A DNA stretch of 59,294 nt from an uncultured Candidatus Bathyarchaeia archaeon. GTDB taxonomy: Archaea; Thermoproteota; Bathyarchaeia; Bathyarchaeales; DTEX01. This document shows positions 9,311 through 17,961 of the stretch, in pieces. Numbering within the stretch: position 1 is the first letter of the stretch; each line of letters begins with the position of its first letter. Below the pieces are notes generated by a model, which made no database searches, was not told the DNA's origin, and saw only the letters and a program-made list of their open reading frames with translations. The translations under genes and the position numbers were made by a program. Where the stretch lies: NCBI GenBank assembly GCA_964465575.1, contig CAYXIF010000003.1, forward strand, positions 52,296-111,589, given 5' to 3'.

Positions 9311-10453
9311 TTAACGATCGTCTGACTTCAACTCGTACTTTTGAGCTGTCTTTTTGTTGATCTCCATGCCGAAGCCAGGTTTGTCTGGTATCTCGATCCA
9401 TCCGTCCTTGATCTCTAAGTGGTCTTGGTAAAGGGTTGGAGCTGGATCCGGGTCTCTGTACGGGCTGGCCCTGCTGATATAGCATTCCACAATAAGCCCG
9501 TTTGGGAAGGCTGCTACAGCGTGGCTCCCAATGATGTGACCGCCATGTGGCGCGAAGTGAATGTGATAAGCGTCTGCCATGGCGGCGATCTTTCTGATTT
9601 CGGTGAGGCCTCCTGCCACATTAGGGTCAGCCTGCACTATGTCTACTGCTCTCTTGGCGATAAGGTCTCTGAAGCCGTATCTTGTGAACTCGTTCTCGCC
9701 AGAGGCTATTGGGATCGTGGTGGAGGCCTTCAACTCAAGACTTCCGTCCATGTCGTCAGGGTGTACGGGCTCCTCAAACCAGAAGGGATGATACTGTTCC
9801 ACTAGTTTGGCGAATCGTTTTGCCTCGTAGGCATTCCATGCGTTGTTTGCATCAACCATTAGGTCAGTCTCGTTGCCTAGGGCTTCTCTAACCGCCTTGA
9901 CGCGTGCTACATCGGTCTCCATACTGACACCGAACCGCCAACCTCCCACTTTCATCTTGACCGCTGTGAACCCCTCAGCTACGTTGCTCTCCATCTCCCT
10001 GACAAGGTCCTCGATACTCTTGCCTTCGGCGTAGTAGCCACCCGCCGCGTAGACGCGTACGCGGTCAGCATAACCCCCAAGGAGTCTATAGACGGGTTGA
10101 CCCAGAGCCTTTCCCGCCAAATCCCAGAGGGCGTTGTCCACGTAGCTCATGGCAGCTATGTATTCACCCTTGGCGATAGGCTTGCGGTTCCCTCCCATGT
10201 ACATCTTCTGCCAGAGGCGCTCAGTATTTAATGGGTCTTCGCCTAGCAGTTTCGGTCTGATTCGATTCTCAATCGTCTCCTTGTTCCCTCCTGGCCAAAA
10301 ACCAGTTATCCCTCCCTCAGCGGTTACCTCGGTGATCGATGCCCAATTCTGTGTCGGAGGCCGGTTGAGCAGGATGGAGTTGAAGAAGGGCTTCCTTGGA
10401 ATCTTGGGAGGAGGGAGCTTGAATGTACGAACTCTTACATCAGTTATCCTCAA
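9311..10453 (-). CDS. Mandelate racemase/muconate lactonizing enzyme (enolase superfamily) acid-sugar dehydratase-like
   Basis: VDNALWDLAGK, KMKVG, MVDANN, WFEEP, SGENEF, FAPH. TTG start at 10453 (MRITDV). Confidence 0.92.
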   Translation of the reverse strand: MRITDVRVRTFKLPPPKIPRKPFFNSILLNRPPTQNWASITEVTAEGGITGFWPGGNKETIENRIRPKLLGEDPLNTERLWQKMYMGGNRKPIAKGEYIAAMSYVDNALWDLAGKALGQPVYRLLGGYADRVRVYAAGGYYAEGKSIEDLVREMESNVAEGFTAVKMKVGGWRFGVSMETDVARVKAVREALGNETDLMVDANNAWNAYEAKRFAKLVEQYHPFWFEEPVHPDDMDGSLELKASTTIPIASGENEFTRYGFRDLIAKRAVDIVQADPNVAGGLTEIRKIAAMADAYHIHFAPHGGHIIGSHAVAAFPNGLIVECYISRASPYRDPDPAPTLYQDHLEIKDGWIEIPDKPGFGMEINKKTAQKYELKSDDR

Positions 10454-10762
10454 CGCGCAAATCCCCCATACCGCTTCCACTATAGATCTTTTAAGCCTTG
10501 CGCGCCCTTGGAGCCCGGCAGACAACAACATCGCTGCTGCGCTCAGGATTTCGTGTGTTCAGATATCCCAGTCCAACTATGTCATGGCTCTTATACGTTG
10601 ATCATCAAGGATTTTGTGAATTCATGTCACCCACGATGTTGAAGCTACGATCCCCTTTAGTGGTTCGGCGGTCTTGTGCACTTTTGGCTGGTGAATCCAC
10701 TTCCTTTTATACGGAACACGACATTGTATCTGTTCAACTCTCAAGAATGAAAGTGTAGATCG

Positions 10763-12160
10763 ATGCGCTGCAATCAGAGGTTCTTTGGGCAAGAGCTCTT
10801 TGAAATGGGCACTCGCGAAAGAGCTTTCTGTTCAAGCCTAGGTGCGCTCAAGCCAGCGATGTCACAGTATGGATTCGCAGTAAGAGACAGCCTTCCGCAG
10901 CTCCCAGCAGACGCAGGTGGTCTGTTGCAGGTGAAGTACAATGGAATGCTGTCAGTGGTTATGTGGGACGATAGGAGAGGCGGCTTCGTCGCTTGGAGCC
11001 TTAGGGGACGGTGCTACTACTCTCTAGCCAACGAAAAGAAACACCCTGTGACCGAGTACTTCAACCAACGCCTAACCCAATCCAGTGACCTCGCATTTGT
11101 GGGTGAGACCTACGTTGTGCGCAAGATTGGAGGCAGAAGCTACATGACCGAGTTTAACAAATCCATAAGCATAATCAAGAATCCAAGATCGGCTAGCGAT
11201 GTGAGCAGAATCAGACTAGCCGTCTTCGACTTCGCAAAGGCAAAGCAGAACCTTGGTTTCGAAAGACCGAAGTCGAGGTACATTGAACGGTGGGAGAAGC
11301 TGCGCGACCATTTCATGTTCCCTGCAGGATGTGACAGTGGCGTGGTCCATCTTCCAGACTACCTGAGGGTTGAAGGGAGCTTTCAAGATTCTTACGACAA
11401 GATTCAAGATTTCTGGAACAGATTCGTTAGAGCGAGAGGATTCGAAGGACTCGTAATGCACACCCAAGACGACCAAGAATACAAGATCAAGTTCAGAGAC
11501 ACCTTAGACGCCGTGATCTTGGCCTTCCGAATGACCGGTACCGGCCGACCCGTGTGCGAGAAGTGCGGAACGAGGTTCGACGCATTCTGGCTTAGGAAGC
11601 TGGAAAGAGAGGGGGTAGTGGCAAGGTCTAAGTGGTTTGATCGTGCTGGCCGTCTTCTTGAGGCTCAAGATGGACATGCATGGAGCAAGAATACCGGTTC
11701 CTGCCCACTTTGTGAAGGACACATAACAACCACTGCTGGGCCAATCCTTGGTGCGAAGATTGCTCTCATGGCTCCTGACGGATGCTTCGTAGATGTTGCT
11801 GATGGGGTTCAGTTCTCGCCGATCTCGCCGATCCTGGATCTAGTAGAGCCCCTCTATGAAGAAGAAGACTATCTTTGGGTCAAGCCTGAGGTTGTTATTG
11901 AGGTATCCTACCAAGGAGACCAGCTTTATGTGGACAGACAGAGACCGGTCTACCGCTATGAAGGCAGCCGCTTCATCAAAGTCCGCACAATGAGAGCATT
12001 CTCACTGCGTCCGTACAGACCAAGACTGAGAGAAGATAAAACAGTGAACCCTAGGGATCTAAGGCTTGAACAAGTGAACTACTTCGTGGGCAGAGTGAAA
12101 GGAATACAGGAACGTTGGAGAACAACGCGACAAGACGACCTCTCAAGATATCTTCCTTAA
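10763..12160 (+). CDS. Divergent ATP-dependent DNA-ligase-like nucleotidyltransferase (NTase + OB fold, Zn-ribbon insert, C-terminal PIP-box-like motif)
   Basis: Motif I QVKYNG, III FVGE, IIIa LAVFD, IV GFEGLVM, V YKIKFRDTLDAVI, OB WVKPEVVIEVSY, VI SLRPYRPRLREDK. Confidence 0.8.
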   Translation: MRCNQRFFGQELFEMGTRERAFCSSLGALKPAMSQYGFAVRDSLPQLPADAGGLLQVKYNGMLSVVMWDDRRGGFVAWSLRGRCYYSLANEKKHPVTEYFNQRLTQSSDLAFVGETYVVRKIGGRSYMTEFNKSISIIKNPRSASDVSRIRLAVFDFAKAKQNLGFERPKSRYIERWEKLRDHFMFPAGCDSGVVHLPDYLRVEGSFQDSYDKIQDFWNRFVRARGFEGLVMHTQDDQEYKIKFRDTLDAVILAFRMTGTGRPVCEKCGTRFDAFWLRKLEREGVVARSKWFDRAGRLLEAQDGHAWSKNTGSCPLCEGHITTTAGPILGAKIALMAPDGCFVDVADGVQFSPISPILDLVEPLYEEEDYLWVKPEVVIEVSYQGDQLYVDRQRPVYRYEGSRFIKVRTMRAFSLRPYRPRLREDKTVNPRDLRLEQVNYFVGRVKGIQERWRTTRQDDLSRYLP

Positions 12161-12169
12161 CAGGACGCT

Positions 12170-13012
12170 TCACTGAAGCCTTGCCAAGTACTCTTGGATT
12201 ATGGGTTTCACGTTGAAGTGGTCTCTCAGGCTCCTGTAGGCATCCAGGCTTTCACGGTTCCTGTTCCTCATCTTCTCAGCACGTAACATAATGTTCTTGG
12301 GCGTGTACCTAGATGAAACGAACTCGAACACGTCTACCCTGTAACCGAAGCTTTCCATGGCAAGTCTTCGCAACGTCTCTGTAAGAGCGACGCCCACGCA
12401 CTCCTTGGAAACCTTCTTCTCTAGCAGAGGTCGCATCGGCCGCACGTTTTTCGCAGTCTGACCGAGTTGTCCAAGGATCTGACGCTGGCAGCACGGCGCG
12501 ACCACTATGTACCTGGCGCCAAGTTGAACGCCTCTGGCGATGGCTTCGTCGGTCGCCGTGTCGCAAGCGTGAAGTGCGCACACAATGTTCACATCCACTT
12601 CGGGGACAAACCCGACTATGCTACTTTTATGAAATTCCATGTTGGTCCAGCAAAGTTCATCGCGGATCTTGGTTGACCTCTCAACGAGCACGGCGTTCGA
12701 GTCTACGCCTACGTATCTCATGCTTCTCCGCATCGTTTTGGCAACATAGTTCACAAAGAACGGCAGATACGAACGGCCGCAACCACAGTCGAGTAGCGTG
12801 ACATCCCTTCTCCTAGTCATGTTCTCTAAGCATCTGACAATGTGTCCCGAGAAGTAGATAACCTCGTACATCTTCTTCTCCCGTTCATTGTACACGACCC
12901 CGGCTGGGTTCGCTAGGCCAATAGTCTTTAGGAAACTTGTAAGCTCATCTGGTTTCCACTCTACCCTTGGAAACACACTTTGAAGGCACCGTAGGATGTC
13001 ACTGTTGGTCAT
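12170..13012 (-). CDS. SAM-dependent methyltransferase (Methyltransf_32-like)
   Basis: LLDCGCGRSYL, ALHACDTATDEAI, VAPCCQ, TPKNIML. Start uncertain. Confidence 0.85.
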   Translation of the reverse strand: MTNSDILRCLQSVFPRVEWKPDELTSFLKTIGLANPAGVVYNEREKKMYEVIYFSGHIVRCLENMTRRRDVTLLDCGCGRSYLPFFVNYVAKTMRRSMRYVGVDSNAVLVERSTKIRDELCWTNMEFHKSSIVGFVPEVDVNIVCALHACDTATDEAIARGVQLGARYIVVAPCCQRQILGQLGQTAKNVRPMRPLLEKKVSKECVGVALTETLRRLAMESFGYRVDVFEFVSSRYTPKNIMLRAEKMRNRNRESLDAYRSLRDHFNVKPIIQEYLARLQ

Positions 13013-13153
13013 GGACCGTCGCACACGATCTGGTGAGCAACACATACACGATGGGCAACCACGCTTTAACTGTTTGGTCCCAATCGCGGAATGGGCACAC
13101 TGCATCAGCTAGTGAACACAAGGCTTAATTCTGGCTTCAGTTTTGATAGGGTG

Positions 13154-13228
13154 GGGCCGGTAGTTCAGTTTGGCATGAACGCCTGACTTGCACTCAGGAG
13201 GCCGGGGGTTCAAATCCCCCCCGGTCCA
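13154..13228 (+). tRNA. tRNA-Ala: tRNA-Ala(UGC)
   Basis: Complete cloverleaf, anticodon TGC at 13189-13191, G3:U70 alanine identity pair, A73. Confidence 0.95.
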
Positions 13229-13329
13229 CTTAAGCCGGATCCCTTGTGAGTAATGTTTCTTTGGTGGGTTGTGTTTGGTAAGAGTTAAGTATAACTTTAG
13301 TATCATTCAATGTAACAATGGTGATTTCA

Positions 13330-13524
13330 ATGGCTTTGGTTAAGACGCGGAAAGTAGGCGGCTCATTAGTAGTCACGTTACCGAAGGAGCTTGTGGAAAG
13401 CAAGAAAATCAAAGAAGGCGAAATTCTGGAAATAGCCGTGCGGAAAGTGAGGAAAGACGGTTTTGGCATTCTCAGGGGGATGAAGCCTTTCACGGTTGAA
13501 GACGAGTTGGCTGCTCATGAATGA
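13330..13524 (+). CDS. vapB: AbrB/MazE/SpoVT-type antitoxin
   Basis: KTRKVGGSLVVTLPKELVESKKIKEGE swapped-hairpin motif; overlaps the PIN gene. Confidence 0.85.
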   Translation: MALVKTRKVGGSLVVTLPKELVESKKIKEGEILEIAVRKVRKDGFGILRGMKPFTVEDELAAHE

Positions 13525-13909
13525 GAGATACATCATAGACGCCTATGCTTGGATTGAGTATCTCATTGGGAGCGAGCCGGGCATAAGTGTCAAGGCCATT
13601 CTAGAGGATGAGAGTAACGACATTTTCACGTGCGCAGTGACGGTTGCGGAGGTCGTGAGCAAGACTATTCGAGAAGGGCGGAACGCTGAAACTGCCTATA
13701 GCATTCTGACTGGCAACTCGGTCATCATCGACATTGACAGCGAGATCTCAAGAGATGCAGGCGTATTGCACGCTGATATGCGGAAGACTAGGAAAGATTC
13801 CGGGCTGTCGGACGCTTACGTGTTAGCTGCATCGAGAATTAATGGGTCAAAGATACTGACAGGAGACCCCCACTTTCAAGGCATACAAAATGCTATCCTA
13901 GTTAAATAA
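13517..13909 (+). CDS. vapC: PIN-domain toxin (VapC)
   Basis: IIDAYAWIEY, VAEV, LSDAYVLA, LTGDPHF acidic tetrad. Confidence 0.9.
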   Translation: MNERYIIDAYAWIEYLIGSEPGISVKAILEDESNDIFTCAVTVAEVVSKTIREGRNAETAYSILTGNSVIIDIDSEISRDAGVLHADMRKTRKDSGLSDAYVLAASRINGSKILTGDPHFQGIQNAILVK

Positions 13910-14265
13910 AGGCACAATAGCCATTTTCTGGGAGCACATATCATCTTCATGAAGAGCGGGGATTTTGCAGTAGATACCCGAGCAGATGAAGGTTCCGTAG
14001 CCTTTGCTGGGACAAAAGCAGTGGTGGAAATGAGTATCGTCCAATACGTAAGACGAATATACAAGAGGACCAAATACCTTTCGCTGAAAAAGGCATGCAA
14101 GGTATCGCCAAGGATGCAATTGAGTCGCCACAACAGCAGTTCATGTTGCAGTTTGGTTGCTTCGGACAAAACATCTCTTCGCATAGGAACTTGATTTCTT
14201 TATCCGTGTGATATAAGATAGCAAGCATTATATATTCTGGAATCAATAAAGATATTCAACGATAG

Positions 14266-14808
14266 GTAGCTGGGTCACTTGATCTGGCTTTCACATATGA
14301 CAAGTCGAGAAGCGTTGTTCAGATCTACAACGGAAGCTTAACTGAGACCTACAGCTATGACGTGCTGGACAGGCTCAACAAGACTACGGGACCCTGGGAA
14401 ACCACTTCCTACGAATATGACGAAGTGGGTAACAGACTACTCATGAAGGTAGGACAGGCCTCGACAAGCTATTTCTATGATTGTATGAACCGGCTTCTTC
14501 AGGCAGGTAACACATACTATAGCTGGGATTCCAATGGTAACCTGAAAGGTGTGTATGACGGGGTGGACACGTGGAATTATACTTACGATTTCATGGATCA
14601 GCTGACGGTCATCAAGAAGAACGGTGCAGTTCAGAGCCAGTTCTGGTACGACGCACAAGGCAGGCGCGTGAGACTGGGGAATGCTCAAGACGGGTACGTT
14701 AACCACGTCTACTCTGGCTTGAACATCATCTTTGAAAACTCGTCTGCAGGCATAGCCACAAAGCATTTCTACGCGAACGGCTTGCACATAGCCGAGAACC
14801 AGATTTAA
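14266..14808 (+). pseudogene. RHS/YD-repeat protein fragment
   Basis: Repeated YD motifs (YSYDVLDRL, YEYDEVGNR, YFYDCMNRL, YTYDFMDQL, FWYDAQGRR). Frame opens after TAG at 14263 without a start and stops before any RHS core terminus. Confidence 0.8.
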
Positions 14809-15023
14809 GGTTAGTGCACATCTTCTCATCGGTTTCGTGACTTGGGCTGTACAAAACTGGTGATTTGGACAAGGTCTTTCTCGGTCAGCAGAAACAGGTT
14901 TCCGAGACCTTCAGCCGGTCGGTTCTGATGTTGTGTCTATTCGGAGACTGTTTGAGGCGGAAGCTTATTTGCTCCTCGTACACGTGGCGGAATCTCCCGC
15001 AAAACCCTCTAATCTTGTCGTCT

Positions 15024-15064
15024 TTAGTAGGGGTACCCCTACTAAGTAGGGGGAGGTCTACTAA
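15024..15064. repeat. Perfect 22-bp palindrome plus an overlapping imperfect second copy
   Basis: TTAGTAGGGGTACCCCTACTAA (15024-15045); second copy AGTAG-GGGGAGGT-CTACT (15045-15062). Confidence 0.9.
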
Positions 15065-15365
15065 ATAAAGACTTTCCTGAATGAGACAATGGTTGAACAA
15101 GGTAGACTTAGCCCCGTAAGTGCTTCCCCATAAGTGTTGAATCTAATGGCGAGAGATAGAATGGCCTATTTTGTGATATAGGTTCGGGCTCTAGCAGTCT
15201 CTTTTCGTCATGACGGGCAAGGCGGGGTTCGAACCTTCAGCACGAAGCCATCTCCTTCCCCATTCCTAGAACGTTCCTCGTCAATTAAGGTCCTTGGGAT
15301 CAGCTAACATCCAGGGTTGTAGTCTTAGAGAGTAGTGAGAGTGTTGCTAGCATGCTGAATCTCGT

Positions 15366-15505
15366 ACCTTTTCTTACCTTTTCATGCCTTTTTCTACCTT
15401 TTTTTACCTTTTTCTACCTTTTCCTACCGTCTGCTAAGCTGAAAAGAAACCCCTTTTCCCAAAAACAACCCATTTCAGGCTTGAAAAAGAAACAAATTTT
15501 TCCTG
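15366..15505 (+). repeat. Dispersed element copy 1: six 10-bp units (ACCTTTTYHT-like), a degenerate seventh and a conserved flank
   Basis: ACCTTTTCTT, ACCTTTTCAT, GCCTTTTTCT, ACCTTTTTTT, ACCTTTTTCT, ACCTTTTCCT, ACCGTCTGCT; homologous to 57647-57766 inverted. Confidence 0.85.
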
Positions 15506-15572
15506 CATTGCATGGAATCCAACAAGCATATATCCCGTGAGTCTTCTAGACCAACAAGCCTTGCTGAAGCGT

Positions 15573-16469
15573 CTAGATACTTCGCGCCGCATCGCGCGTC
15601 GTGCTTCTTAGCCTTGCGATATAGAGGACGCTGATGAAGATCATCGCGGCACCTACTGAACGGACGGGTGTCACCTTTTCGCCTAGAAAAAGAATGGCAA
15701 CAATGGCTGAGATCACGGGATAAGTAAGGAAGATCGCCGAGGCCTTGGAAATGTTGATCATCTTCATGGCGAGATGAGAGAAAAGGCTGCTCGTCGCCAA
15801 AAGAAGCCCCTGGATCAAAACTAACAGGGTTAGGGATGACTCCATTCCAAGGACCAGCTTCTCAATGCCCATCAAGGCTTGCACGAAGAGTAGCAGTAAG
15901 CCGCCGGACATGTACCTAAAAGCAACCACAATGGATGGGTCTACAGTCTTCATCACGTCTTTTGCCATGATGTTTGTGACGGTGAAGAAGAAAGGTGCAA
16001 CCAAGAACAGGAAGTCGCCAACATTAGCTTGCTGGATCAAACCCTCGGTCATCACCATCACGTCCCCCGTAACCAAGACCAGACTAGCAGCTACCTGACC
16101 CCACGAAATCCTTTCCTTAAGTAGAAGATAGCCACAAACCATCGCGTAGATCACTTCAGTCTGTAGAAGAAAGGAATTCGATACCGCTGTGAGGCTCACG
16201 CCAGTAAACATCGAAAGAAACGCCGCTGCAACACCAGCGCCGATCACAAGCATCTTCAGAGTCATCCTCAGCGACAACGCTACGAGCTCGCCACGGATCG
16301 GTCTCAGAAAGACAAGAATCCACCCCACCAAGCCTGCCGTGAACATGGAGATGGAGGTGTAGAACACCTGCGGCAGGAACCCTGTCCCGATCCTGGCAAC
16401 TAGGATGTTGATACCGGACACAGTTGAACACAAAAGCGCTGAGACTGTTCCTGCCCTCTCTTCGTCCAA
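15573..16469 (-). CDS. EamA/DMT family transporter
   Basis: Two hydrophobic repeats, LLKERISW and LFLGEKVT motifs. TTG 16469 gives a typical ~298 aa; start uncertain. Confidence 0.85.
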   Translation of the reverse strand: MDEERAGTVSALLCSTVSGINILVARIGTGFLPQVFYTSISMFTAGLVGWILVFLRPIRGELVALSLRMTLKMLVIGAGVAAAFLSMFTGVSLTAVSNSFLLQTEVIYAMVCGYLLLKERISWGQVAASLVLVTGDVMVMTEGLIQQANVGDFLFLVAPFFFTVTNIMAKDVMKTVDPSIVVAFRYMSGGLLLLFVQALMGIEKLVLGMESSLTLLVLIQGLLLATSSLFSHLAMKMINISKASAIFLTYPVISAIVAILFLGEKVTPVRSVGAAMIFISVLYIARLRSTTRDAARSI

Positions 16470-16690
16470 GCAACCACAAGCTGAAAGTTGAACCGCGGCG
16501 AAGTAACTCCTTACTCTCCTTGAGTGAACACCTTTTCTTAAGCTTTGACCCCTAAGCGCCCCCATCTTCTGGTGCGGAGACACATCCTGCACTAGTAGGT
16601 GCAACCTTAGAGAAGTGCAAAGCCCCGCAACAAGACCGAATGTCTGAGACTCAAGAGAATTAAGGTTCAAAAAGAACGTGGAACAACTGC

Positions 16691-17161
16691 TCAGCTTTCA
16701 CTTTTCGCTTGTTGCTGCTTTCGTCTCATAAGCTCCTTGCAGAAGACCTCCAAAGCCTGCACTATATCTCGTCCTTTCTCTGTCAGTGAATATAGGGTTC
16801 TTGTTCTTTTTATCCCCCAAGGCTCTGTCGTGGACATCACGCAATTGAGCTCTTTTAGCTTTACAATCGTGTCTCTGATGGACTGGTCTCGGAGCAGAAT
16901 GTGTCCCTTGCTTTCTCTCGCTACGATCTCGATTATCTCAGTAATCATAAGTGGCTTGCTTTCCTGGTTGAGTGCGATAAGCATGACAACTGCATGAGAC
17001 AAGCACACGCATTTGACGTAGTCGCATATATCCAAAATTGAGCTAATTGTTAGGGGCATACCCCCCACTAACGCGCGCCTTGCATATAATCGTTTTTGTG
17101 GGGCCCTTATCTGCTTCAGCGAAAATCTTAAATAAGTCCGTCCCAACTTTCTAACCTCCAA
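16691..17161 (-). CDS. Winged-helix transcriptional regulator (PadR/HxlR-like)
   Basis: IRDTIVKLKELNCV...RTLYSLTEKGRDIV wing motif. True start probably downstream of 17161. Confidence 0.6.
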   Translation of the reverse strand: MEVRKLGRTYLRFSLKQIRAPQKRLYARRALVGGMPLTISSILDICDYVKCVCLSHAVVMLIALNQESKPLMITEIIEIVARESKGHILLRDQSIRDTIVKLKELNCVMSTTEPWGIKRTRTLYSLTEKGRDIVQALEVFCKELMRRKQQQAKSES

Positions 17162-17574
17162 GTTTGGTCAGAAGTCTTGGGGAAACAGCTTCCAAGACCA
17201 GCCAAGCCCAAGAAGCCCTGCTTCCCGCTTAGAAACCTATGCGAGGGTAGATGAGAAGGGGGTATTTTTGCACAGCTAACAGGACGATCACACTGGCAAC
17301 CCTGAGTACGCGTATGCAATCACTGATTGGTCTAGAAAGGCCTTCAACAAAGTCAAGCCAGAGGCGATCGCCCGCAGCGCCTGCAGAGAACCAGACGGAA
17401 TCCATTGGAGCCTAAAATGCCAGTTCTTTGTTTCTCAAAGTCAACAATCTCAGTTCCGATATTCCTCTAAGCAGAACAGGAGATTGGGTCTGTCCTGCAT
17501 GTGGAAGTCTCTGTGGAGCAAACAATTTAAATACTGTGGAAAGCTGAGGTTAACCTTGAGCCAAGGTGGGTCGA

Positions 17575-17961
17575 ATGCCCTACTGCCCTAGATGCGGAAA
17601 ACTAGTGACCGAAGAACAGAAGTTCTGTCCAGACTGTGGCACAAACCTGAAGCCCGAGATAGGGCCAGCAGTAGCAGCTAGAGCTAGAAGAGTCGAGAAA
17701 AGAGAGAAGGAGGAGAAGGAGGAGAAGGAAGAAAAACGCGAGAAAGGAGAGAAGCATGAGAAGGAGGAGATGAGCCCAGCCGTCGCAGTAGCCTGTGGCA
17801 CATTTCTGGTCTTTCTTGGTGTGGTCTCCTTTCTAAGCTTGACGGGCATGGTCATTCTTCAGAATGTGTGGCCCTACATACTTTTGGTTCTCGGCGTTAT
17901 CATCATCTTGGCAGCAGTCTATGCTGGTGTAATAGCTTCGAAAAGGAGCCCTCGCACTTAG
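17575..17961 (+). CDS. Zinc-ribbon membrane protein with EK-rich linker and two TM helices
   Basis: CPRCG...KFCPDCG, EKREKEEKEEKEEKREKGEKHEKEE, two hydrophobic helices. Confidence 0.85.
   Translation: MPYCPRCGKLVTEEQKFCPDCGTNLKPEIGPAVAARARRVEKREKEEKEEKEEKREKGEKHEKEEMSPAVAVACGTFLVFLGVVSFLSLTGMVILQNVWPYILLVLGVIIILAAVYAGVIASKRSPRT

Noticed and set aside
13109-13306. ORF antisense to tRNA-Ala (also ORFs 9065-9292 and 9089-9307 over tRNA-His)
   Set aside because: Typical shadow translations of tRNA genes.
13949-14194. Small ORF after vapC
   Set aside because: No motif, and several overlapping frames are equally open.
15021-15048. Palindrome as a dif site
   Set aside because: Lacks the TAA/TTA inner arm bases flanking a 6-bp spacer that typify dif sites.
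15214-15235. tRNA-3'-like fragment (GGTTCGAACCCCGCCTTGCCCG, minus) as an att site
   Set aside because: No T-stem or upstream cloverleaf, and it does not match tRNA-Ala or tRNA-His here; GGTTCGAACC is simply palindromic.
15366-15435. 10-bp arrays as CRISPR
   Set aside because: Units are contiguous with no spacers and far too short; no cas genes.
15352-15540. ORFs over the repeat (also 57632-57826) giving FLPF-rich peptides
   Set aside because: The pyrimidine-rich strand cannot easily form stop codons, so open frames are expected by composition.
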